A stretch of DNA of 64,000 nucleotides from Tubulanus polymorphus. Taxonomy: Eukaryota > Animalia > Nemertea. The notes under the pieces were generated by a model. The model was given only the letters and a program-made list of their open reading frames with translations, was not told the origin of the DNA and did no database searches. This document shows, in pieces, positions 12,701 to 24,700 of the stretch. Position numbers and translations under genes: made by a program. The stretch covers positions 16,065,653 to 16,129,652 of the forward strand of contig NC_134028.1 in assembly GCF_964204645.1 (NCBI RefSeq), in the 5' to 3' direction. Every line of letters starts with the position of its first letter. Position 1 is the first letter of the stretch.

Positions 12701-15700
12701 CACCAAAGAAGAATTTTGGCCGACAGATGCGAGAGGATTCCTGAGTGAGTGCCCCCTTGGTTCTGAAGATAAGCCCTCACTGTTGAATTGTCTGTTGCTA
12801 ACCAAACGTGGTGGCCCTCCACTCTCCTGTGAAAGAACTTCAGGGCCTTCCACACGGCCAGCATTTCCAGGAAATTTATGTGGTTGGTGGCCTCGTAGCG
12901 AGACCATCTCCCGGCTTTGACTCGGTTCTCCAGATGTGCCCCCCATCCTTGGTGACTGGCATCCGTAAATACACGAACTGGAGCCTCTAATGGGGCTAGT
13001 GACACCCCGTGCCGAAGATTTGTAGTTGCCGCCCACCAATGAAGATCCGGACTTAGATCGGTTGGAGGTACGGGAATCAAGGTCTCCCAGTTGCCCTTCG
13101 ACCGAGACCAGAAGACCTTCCAATATTGTAGCAAGCGCCTGCTTCTGAGGCGGCCTAAGGGCACCACCAGACCCATGGAGCTGATGGAGCCTAGAAGCCG
13201 TGACCAGTAACCAGCTGTTCTCGGGGTTGTGGACACTCCCGCTACAGCTTCTTGAAGTTTGGCTACTCGAGCAATGGACGGAAAGACTTTGCCGATTCGG
13301 AGATCGAAGTCCATGCCGAGTTAAGTGGACTGTTGGGCCGGCCTCAACTGAGATTTTTCCCTGTTTACGCGGAACCCTAGCTGATGGACTAAGTCCAAGA
13401 CTGAGGTCATTGCCTCCCGACATTCTTGAGCTGAGTTCGCGACTATTAAGCAGTCGAGGTAAACGAACAATCGAACACCCCTTGACTGAAGTACCTTCTG
13501 AACTGACTTGACCAACTTGGTGAAAACCCACGGGCCGTACTGAGGCCAAATGGAAGAGACCTGAATTGGAACTGGCGGCCTTTCCACTTTATCCTGAGAA
13601 ATCGCCGAGATTTTGGGTGAATTGGAACCTGAAAGTAAGCATCTTTCAGGTCCAACGAAGCCGCCCATTGACCCGGACGGAGCCCTTGAATCACGTCCTT
13701 GGGTTTGGTCATCCAGAACCTTGGAATGTCTAGGTGCCGATTGAGGGATGAATAAATTTACTTATACTTGATTTGATTCACATAGCGGGGAGAACTCGAA
13801 GCAGATCTGCGGCATGACGATGTAAAGACACATGTGATTCACGGATCATTACAGCTCAACAGTGCTTATGATATTTGGAGTAGTAAATATCCTGTTGATC
13901 GGTTAAGTGTAATGATGAAGAAAATGGGTAAATGTTTAAAATTACTGTTTGAAGACTGCGACTGAATGTGATGTCTTGCGGCAATAAATTTGTTTATTTG
14001 TACTTGAATTGATTATCGAAGTGACGAGCTGCCTGCGTTGGATTACGGGATGACTCTGAAAAACACGTCGCCACATTACGCTTCGGTTCATTCAAACAAT
14101 CTTTCAACAAGTCTACACCGGCAAGCGACTGATTGTAGTTGATATTAGTAGGATGGCCAATCTTTTTTCCATGTGATAGATATAAATGTAATCAATCGAT
14201 GGCACTATGGTAGCCTTAAGTATTGATATTCTTGTTAGCCCACCCGATTAATTATGAGCATCAGGTGGGCGAACAAGAATATCTATATTTGTTGATTAAA
14301 ATCATCAACCGCTGAAATTTGTTCAGGGATCTACACACGACGATTGATTGAATAAATTGAATTGAATTGAAACATCGCGTGTGTAAACGCACAATTTATG
14401 ACAGTTTTACGGTCTACTACGACAGTGTACCTTTACATCTTCATCCTGTAATCTATATCATCAGTATTCTACGTTAGAAATAATAACTTACTTCGTAAGA
14501 TATACGCTAAACCGAAAGAAAATCTAACACTAACAGTCTAATGTCAATCAGAGCGGCGCTGGGTTTGGGCGAATTCGATTGTGTGCGCATCGATGATGTA
14601 GCGTATCCATTGAATCTTTAGCATGACTTTGTGTTTAAGTTACAACCTCATTCGTAAGCAACTAGAATTTTGCTGAAGACAACTGATGCCCCCACATCAG
14701 GTGAAACGCCTGAGAGTAAAGTACACCTTGAGGATATATTGAATTGTATATGAAGCCGCAGCAAATGAAAAGAACAAAATGTCTTCCCGTGCCAGTGACA
14801 TAGGACCTATAGGCCAAAAAAGATTTAGTCACAAGATTAATTCATTAATTATTTTACATAGTCATCGAAAACAATCAATGAATTAGAGCCCCGAAATGAA
14901 ACTTCCAAAACAATTCTGGTGACCTTGACCTTTGACCTACAGGACCCAACATCTACTCAGTTATCTATTAGCTCTAGGACAATCCATCAATTTAATTTCA
15001 CCTTAAGTTATCTTAAACCATTTATGAGTTATAGCCCGGAAATGAAAATAGCAAAATAACTTCTGGTGACCTTGACCTTAGACCTAAAGGACCCGATATC
15101 TAAGCAGTCACTGAAGGTCTCTAGGGTAACCCATCCATAAAATTTCAGCAAGTTATCTTAAATAGTTCATGAGTTAGAGCCCGGAAATTAAAAATACAAA
15201 ACAGCTCCTGGTGACCTTGACCTTTGACCTACAGGTTCCAAAATCTAATCAGTTACCCATGGTCACTGAGATAACCCATCCATAGAATTTCACTAAGTTA
15301 TCTCAAATCGTTTATGAGTTAGAACCCGGAAATTAAATTTACAAAATGGCTTCCTGTGACCTTGACCTTGGACCTACAGGACCCAAAATCTAATCAGTTA
15401 CCCACAGTCTCTAGGATAACTCATCCATTAAATTTCACCAAGTTATCTTAAACCGTTTATGAGTTTGAGCCCGGAAATGAAATTTACAAAATGACTTCCT
15501 GTGACCTTGACCTTGGACCTACAGGATCCAAAATCTAATCAGTTACTAACCTTATCTAGTACAACACAGTTGTTAAATTTCAGGAAAATTTTTCGAAGAG
15601 TTTGGGTGCTAGGGCACGGAAACCACTGCGGACAGACGGACGGAAGACGAAGTGAATATAGTATGCCCCCACAAGGGATGAAAATTGGTAAATAGGCCAA

Positions 15701-18700
15701 TGGCTAAGACAACTCAGCAGAAATGAGAAAAGGTATCAATTATTTTAACCACTGCATTAATCAACTTACGATACGCAGAACGTGGAATGGAAATAATCTT
15801 TGCAAAAATTTAAAGGAAATTAATTCAATAGGGTTTTCTGACCACAAACATTAATATGGAATGAAAATGAACAGAGAGCCCAACAGAAGCCCAATGAATG
15901 GCTGATTAGTTGCCTAGGATAGCTTCCTGGAAATTAAAATGATTGATGATAATTCTGAAAATATACACTCACCTGGTGGTGCCCTGGGTATTGGACCGCG
16001 TGGTAATCCCCCTGAAGGTATTCCAGGAGGCCTTCCAGGAGGTGGTCCAGGCGGCAACATACGAGGAGGACCACCAACACCGGGTCGTGGCAGCGGTGGT
16101 CTATACATGACTGGAGGCACTCCAGGTGGTGGTCCTGAAAACATTGATTACATATTGAATTGAAATCTTAGAAGAGTATAATACATGAATGTGTTTATTT
16201 TGTAGATCCCTCTTCGATGTCAATTTTACTGAAATCAATGGGGATGTTAAGCTTTATAGTAAACAATAAACATAACAAAGTATATTTTTCAAAATAGGAA
16301 AGGAATGGTGGAATGGTTACCTTCCAAAAATCTAGAGCTATGTACAATTATCTTGATTTCACTAGCATGCAGTCAGAGGTTGGGCTTGAATAGGACCCAT
16401 TGGTTACACTGGGTTGAAATTAAAGCATGGCGGGGCACAAAATACTAGTGCCAAAGGCATGAGCCCGCATGAGAAGGGGGTCAGGGGCACTACTCCAGAA
16501 ACATTTTATATTTGTAGGGGCTCAGATGCATAATCAACTTAAGTCTGTCTCAGTCCAGTTTGCTGCAGCATATCAACGCTTTTCTATCATAACATTGCCC
16601 GATTCCTGTGGTTACTGCATGGTAACTGCACACTCCAAGCATGATGTCTGACAGCTGTGTCCAAGAGTGCATAGGTTTCTGACTGACCAGAGCCTTCATA
16701 TCATAAGCAGTCTTCAAAAAGTAATAAAAATGTTGTCATTGTACTCTTGCGGATTTGTATTTTTAATGTTTTTATTCTACGTGATGCATGCGACACCATC
16801 TGGCCTGAGTCTTATGAATTGAAAAAAACATTCTAAAGGGACTCAGATTAGTTCTAAACAATAGATCAGTTCGTATTATGCGAATACAAATGAAGGACAC
16901 TGGACGATTTTTACATTTTACTTATTGCCTATCCAGCTGTGGAGTTGTATGTTCTAGATCTAACAGATTCCAGGAAATTGGTCCATCAAAACACCGCTAA
17001 CAACTTCAAAACAAACCTATGAAAACTATTTGTAAGTTATGCACTCTTGGATATCCCAAGAGTTGAAAATAATTCTAAGATAAATCAGAAATGCAACAAG
17101 GTAGCAAAGCAAATCTGTATTCATTCGTACTCTTGCTCTTGTTACCACTCTTTGTCGTGACTATAGCAACAGCCAGCTGATTTTGCTGACTCACTAAAGG
17201 CGCGAGGTCCAGCCACTTCAGCTGTTAGTACCAATTAAAATGTGTACATTTGATATCCTTTGCCTAACAAATGCCATGGCAAACTGGGCTTAGACAGACT
17301 TTAGTTCAAAGGGCAAATGCCATCCAATTAGAATTGTGTAAAAGTTATTTTTAAATCTATTCACAAATATCAAATATGAGTGGTTTGAATTTTAGTTCAG
17401 CCATTACTAAGAAATAAGACTTTTTTGGAAATTTCAGCACGTGCTCACTGTTATTGTTTATGTAAGCAGGTGCGCATATCTAACGTCATCTCTGACAAAT
17501 GCTTGCGGCTTCCAGTCATTTCACATTCACTGAAGTTTAAGCTGGTTAAGTAATCACGGAAAGTACAATTTTTTCATACCATTTGCCCTAAAAATTTGGT
17601 TATTCTTATAGCCTTTGGATAGACAGCGGTCATCGGCACATTGCTTAAAGCACTATTCTGCCATAGTTTGGTATAAATTTATGAAACAAATATCAGAAAA
17701 TCTGAAATGATTGAATTATGTCACCTAATGGAGAAACAGATGCAAGGATGGACAGAGGGATGATAGTTAACAATAGCCCGCTGAGACTTAGTCTGCTCTA
17801 AGTGGGCTAAAATTATATCTTTTACTTTCTCTTATCTCTTATTTCTTATTAATATCTTCGATATATTCAGACGAAAAAGTTAACACTTACCTGGAGGTAA
17901 ACCAGAATGTGTACCAGAATGTGTACCAGACTGTGTTGTAGAGGAAGCTGCTAATGCACCTGGTGTACTAGATACTGCAGGAATGCCAAGAGATGCAGTT
18001 TGTACGAGAATATTTTCATGTTTCCTTTCAACTATGGGAACAGATTTTTCAGGCGCAAGTTCAAATGCTACCTTTGGCTCCGAGAACATAGTCCTAATAT
18101 CTTCATCAAGGGTAGCATCCTTTGTTTTCTTTTCATCACCTTCATAATCAATAGCAGGGTGTTGATCATCCTCATCATCATCCTAAACAAGAACAAATCA
18201 TATATATATGTGTTCATCCCTCTTACAAAACTTACTGAAAACTGTTGTAACGGAAATAGCAACCAAATAGGGTTAATGAGAAACGCTTGGTAACTACTCA
18301 TAACCGATTTCTAAATGAGTTACTAAGGAGAATGATGAATACATGTTGTGCTCTAACAAAATAATACATTAATCTAAAATATCATCGTTATAAAGTAGTT
18401 CATACTACTAATTACCAAATAATCAATACCTTCATCTCTTAAAAAATATTTGAATGCGCTGTTCAAATCTTTGATAATTTGATTCTTCAATTTGTTTTTC
18501 GTGGATTACTGTTTTGAGAGTAGAACATGTCATCGAGATTGAGACCAAATGGCGTTAACGTTTTGAGTCGATACTGCCAGAATCCTTCACGAATATTAGG
18601 ATTCTTTGGATCACACTTATCTATGATCTGGACTCTTGAGATCGGATGGATTATGACCTGAGCTTCGGAAGTGTTTATAAACAGGATCATCATTTGTACG

Positions 18701-21700
18701 TGGATTTTGAATATATACTATTGAAGTTGTTTCCGGTTGTAACAACAAATATGACACTGTACACTGTTGCATCTGTTCATACCAATAACCGCAGTTTTTA
18801 ATGCCCATGGCAATAGAAGAATGAACCAGCATATCCTTCAAAATCCTACGTCGACGATATGCTACCACTGGTCTCTTGATGTGGGCTAGATTAGAGTCAG
18901 ATTCAATAAGATTAAATTTATTGTCGATGATATGGCCCACTTTACTAATTGTTGGGTGGAAATCAACTATACAGGCTTCGAATTTGGGAAAATCAGACCT
19001 GGAGCAAGAGAATTTTACCAAAGACCATCAGCATTATAGAATCCCAATTTGCCTCCGTAAATCGAAAAACCCACGGCAAAAAATTTGACACAGAATGAAT
19101 AAAACTTCTAAATAATATTCTACACAGGGGTAGAATAAAAGGAATAAAAGAGTTACAAACTAAAAACTAATTAAAGGCATGCCAGGGGTACTAGATCTAA
19201 TGAAACTCGCCCAATTACCCTTCGTCAGATAATTTAATTCACTGATTTGTCAATTCGTTTGTCTTAATTGAGGATGTAAGAGGCTGAAAAACACTAATTA
19301 CAATAGTCGGCGAGCGGATGTGTTTATTCATCCCCATGACTATTCTATACATGCGATTATTGAAACCTATATACACAGACACACGCGTGGCTCTCTGCTG
19401 ACGCCGCCTGTATTTCTTATATAGATGTATGCCAGATGGAGCTCTGACTGAAGTTAGATAAATAGGTCAAGTGGCAGCGCTAATTTATATTTTATAATGC
19501 AGCGTCAAGAACTGTGGGTGATTGACGGCTGTATTGTGAACCAGGTGTGCCGCGGGTTATTTATATCACCTACGGCAATAAAAGAAATAAATTCACCGAC
19601 GGCATTAAATGCCGCCGGTAAGGAGACCAACCAGCAGCACTGGTTGTGTAACCAGTGGCAAATGCCGCTGCTGCCGCCGTTAATTTCGAGGCCTGACTAT
19701 AAATGGAGTACGTTTATTGGTCTGATCACATTTTGTTCCTTGTAGAAGTTCAGCCCTTGAGCGATTTTAGGTTCGCTGAAGACATCAAAAACTAGATCAC
19801 CTGAATCTTGTTTTCTGATATTCAGATCTAATTGATTGACCGATATGTTAGACCAAGAAGCGGTTACTTTAATGGAGTAGTGGAAGGAGTTGAGCTTTTC
19901 TATGCATTTAATAAGCTTTTCCTCTCCACTTAATGGAGGGGTGGAAGGAGTTGAGCTTTTCTATGAATTAAATAAGCGTTTTCTCTCCACTTAATGGAGG
20001 GGTAGGAGTTGAGCTTTTCTATGAATCTAATAAACATTTCCTCTCTAGTTAATGGAGGGGTGGAAGGAGTTGAGGTTTTCTATGAATTCAATATATAAAT
20101 TTAATAGCAGAATAGCAGTCAGGGATTATGAACATGTGACCAACGCACCCATGCGCCGAACGAGAGTCGTCCAATGGACGGTTATTCTGCTACCATACAT
20201 ATATACACAACAAGTAATATTAATCCATACAAACCTGAAGACCTGCAGCAGGTTTAGGTAACTGCTGGCCAGCCATCTTCAACATTTTCAACTGCAATGG
20301 TGTAGGCACAGGTTTGGGGACTAACCATTTTCTTATTAAATTTTCTTCTGAATCATCCAAAGATTCCTCATCTATCGCTGTTCTTTTTGACAAGTCATCA
20401 TGGAAACGAATCTTGCGTTGTTTTGCTAGTAGAAAAAAAACATAATAAGGCTATGAAAGGATGTTTTTATTACGCCTTTCGCTGCGCATGACGTTTTGGA
20501 AATGTCATATGAAAGACACCTAATGTGCATATGGCATTTGTGAAAAATCATTCACCTATCGACTATTAGCATGAATGCGCACAGAACAGGCATGACATGT
20601 AAGACTATCTAGAAATATTTGATTTGTTCTCTTAACAGTAGATGGCGCCTGTGGCCTGTAGTTGGCGCCGTGAGCTGGGTAAGCACAGAGTCAACCAAAG
20701 ACAAAATTTGATAAAATTGCTTCTGGAAAGCATGTGTTTATTGCAAAAACTATAATAAATATAGCTGCAAAGCAGCGATAACAGGGTTTCTACACAACCT
20801 TGTACGTATTCTTGTTTGTGTCAGGACACTGTCGACTACGATTGCGTGTTCGCTCACGCAGCAGCATCATGCTATTGAAAATGAAAGGAATTTAGAATCT
20901 TGTTCAACGGTAAACCGGTTTTATAAAAGGAAGGTCTACAAACAGTCAATTAGGCCCACTTAAAACCATGGATGACTGGACCAGATGGTATTTGACTATG
21001 GAGAATCGACTGCTGGCTTTAACTAGTCTGTATGGATTTCAAAAAGCATTTGATAAGGTACATCAGCGATTTCTAAACAAGCAATTACGAAACAGTATCA
21101 ATGATGGGTCACTTAAATGGCTCAGCAGTTTTCTCGGAACGAAACAGGTAGCTAAAATCAACGGAACTGTCTCATCTTGGTACATGTATAAGTAGGTCTA
21201 ACTAGTGGAGTCACACAAGGTAGTATCTGAAGTCCTCCTCTTTTCACTGTCCTGATAAATGATGTACAGAATAATCCAGAATGTTCAGGAACGAGTAAAT
21301 TTTCAAAACGACTTACACAAGCTGTGTTTCGTACATGGTCAGAAACAAGGAAGATGAAAAGGCCAGAAAATTTAACTTGCAAAGGCATGATATGGATGTC
21401 TATTGAACTGATATAAATCTCAGTGTAGAGTTAACGAATAATGAGGTTTAGTTTTAACCGTGATACTGTTAGGAAATAAAGTGTTTCTACAGAATTACTG
21501 TGGGTTTTTATATGATATGGACATTGGATACAATTAAACAAGAAGCCTGTCGGCTTATATAGCTCCGCTGTCTTTGTTGTGGCTTGGAGCATAGACTATC
21601 ACATCAGTATCTATTTGAAACTAGATGTTCAGGGACATTATAGCCACTTGGAGAAGGGCCACAATACCAATAATCATACTAACATACTCTAAACTGACAA

Positions 21701-24700
21701 ACTGTTGGAACTGAAGTCATAAGTGGAACAAACTGTAGTCCCCAAGTATAGGCACCAAGTGAAATTTATCAAAAATCTATGCAATTGCTTCGATATAGAA
21801 TGATGTACATAAAGGAGGAAGCTAGTGAGTGGAGAAAGCAGCTTTTAATAAATCAATATGCACAAGTTTTGGGAGATTACTTCCAAAAAGTTAAACAAGA
21901 AACAACAATTATTTATGTTTTACAAATTAAGTCAGTTTATATTTTCAAATTTGTAATGAAAGAATACAAACACAAATTATTTTTTTCTTAAATGTAATTC
22001 TAACAAATAAACTGAATATATCTCTGTAAGATTCAAAAGTTGATTGTTCGGGCATCAGAACAATTTACAACGGGCATATGTGAAATTCAATTACTAGACT
22101 GATATTGGTTTTTACTATAATGACAAGTAAATTATAATTGGTCACATTTAAGTGAAAATCTAAAAATAGCCCTAATTTGCATAATTTATGCAAAATCAAA
22201 ATTATGGCTCTGTACTTTTGTAGGCACTCCCCCATAGATCATTCATACCAAGTTTCATCAAGATCCCATCAGAACTGTAGGACTAGTAGAGATATAAAGA
22301 AAAAGTTGACGCCGGACATCGAACACCGGACGGACGGACGGACGACGACGACGAACCCCCTAACCCATCAGCTCCGCTGACCTTCCGTCACAGCGGAGCT
22401 AAAAACCCAGGTTCATATAAAACCTTTGTGTCGAGTGTGAAGATTCTTTTGTTCAAATGACGATTTCTCATTATAATGAAAAGACTATTTAGTTCCACGG
22501 AAATTGCTTTCTCTGTAATGAAAAAACGCTGGTATTAACTTGTTCCAACCAGAAAATTTTGTTCGAAAGAAAACAATTCTGTTCGATCAGACAAGATGAA
22601 TTTTTGTTCGAGGCGAAAAACTGGTCGTTTTGCCAAAAAAAATTGTTAGAATTAAACGCTTAATTGTCGTTCGAAAGAAATTTTTTTTGCCCGGACAAAG
22701 AAAATTTGATGAGCGAAAACAATTCTGTTCGATCGAACATTATACTGTTTGTTTGAACGATCGATTTTCGTTTTGAGGTAAATATTTGATCAAATAAATG
22801 CTATGTTATTGCTTGAACGAAAAACCTTTTGTCCCCACCAAATAAATTTTTTGAGGGAAAACAATTTCGTTCGAAAAAATGTGCTATGTAATATTTCGAA
22901 GGAAAAATGATTGTCACGACAAAAAGAATTTGTTGAGCGAAAACAATTTTGTTCGAACGAATGTTCAAATGAAAATAATTCTGTTCGATCGAACAATATA
23001 CTGTGAGCGAAATTCGTTTTCTTCAAACAAATTTTTCAACAAAAAAGTTTTATTTGAATGAAATTTTCAGTAAGGGGTATACATTTCAGCAACCAGCGAA
23101 TTACTGTGTTGAATGCAATTCATTTCCAGAAGGCCTGGCTTAGGCCTATGCAATAGTAGTCAATTAAGATTCAACTTTTTGAACTAGGGGTCCAGGGACA
23201 CCATGCCCACTTGGGAAGTGGTTTCAAATGCTCAACAATTTAAGTATTTCAATATTCAACGCCCCCTGGTGACCATATACAAAAACCAATGACCTTGAAA
23301 CTCACCACAATCATAGAATAGTTCAGCAGCTATGATTTTTTAATAGTTTGTGATAACAAAATATGCCTCATTACCAATCTAATATGGAAATACTAAGTTA
23401 TTCTACTATTCAACGCCCCCTGGTGACCACATAGCATAACTTATGTCCTTAAAACTCACCACAATCATAGACGATGTCATGTGCTACAACTTTAAAATCG
23501 ATTGTGGTAACAAAATATGCATAGGTACGAATGTAATATAGAAATACTAAGTCATTGTATTATTCAACACCCCCTGGTGGCCATGTACAAATACCAATGA
23601 CCTTGAAACTCACCAAAATCATAGAACACATTATGGGCTACAACTTTCTAAGGGATTGTGGTAACGAATTATGCTTAGATATCAATATAATGTGGAAAAA
23701 CTTTTTCCAACCTACGAATGAGTACTGATTACACCAAGATGGCCGCCAATTGCGCCATAATTGGCTGATCAAAAATACCTGTCCCAGGTATAAAACAAAG
23801 AATACCCATCAAAAATTGCAATGAGAAATGGCAAACAAGTAGGAAGCTATAGGACTCAGAATTCGGGCCAAAATTGACATTTTTGGGCACTACAAAGGTC
23901 ATAGGATGGCCATCTTGAGTCTTGGGCCCTTGGGGGATTCAAATATATACAAAAGATCAAGGTAATTGATCGAAGCGTCTTCAAATTTTTCCCTCGAAAA
24001 GTTAAAAAATATGTAAAAAGTGCTGATTTTGGCAAAAAACAATGGCTGCCAGACGGCCATCTTGATTGTGACAGGGCCAGTTTTTGGGCTGAAGATATGT
24101 CTAAAGTACATACATGTGTAACCCAAATATCAAGACATTACATTGAAGCGTCTTCAAAACTTCCCTAAATAACTGGATTCTGTCTACGGATGGTCGCTGG
24201 ACGTAAAGTGAACGCAACTTAACGCAATTTAAGTCCCAAGTGGGCTAAAAACCAGCACATTTTCCTTTTCAAATCACATGTAATTCAAAAATTCAGTGCC
24301 TCTTAGTTTGATGTCCCTTTTTTCATCGCGCACGTGGTTTATATTATTGTTTAAGTCGAATGTCTTCAACAGCTGATACAACCGCACCCGTGTCTGTCAA
24401 TCGTCTTAATTAATTCATATACTAAAATGCTCACTATGTAAAAATTATGTGGCGAATCAATCCGGAATTTTTCAGTAGAAAGTCAGACACTAAGTACCTT
24501 TCTTTAAAGGTTTATTTGTTGTATGTCATTATCTGTTATATAATACTTTATTCAATACTTTGAAGCAGCGCGCCGGCAGCGAACTCTCAAGCAAGGTCAG
24601 TCACGTAGGCCAACGATAACAAGAAACAGACCACGGTTTTCCCGGTTAAGAGCGTCTCTCCACAAAAATTAGGGGACCATAATGGACCATTCGTTGACAC

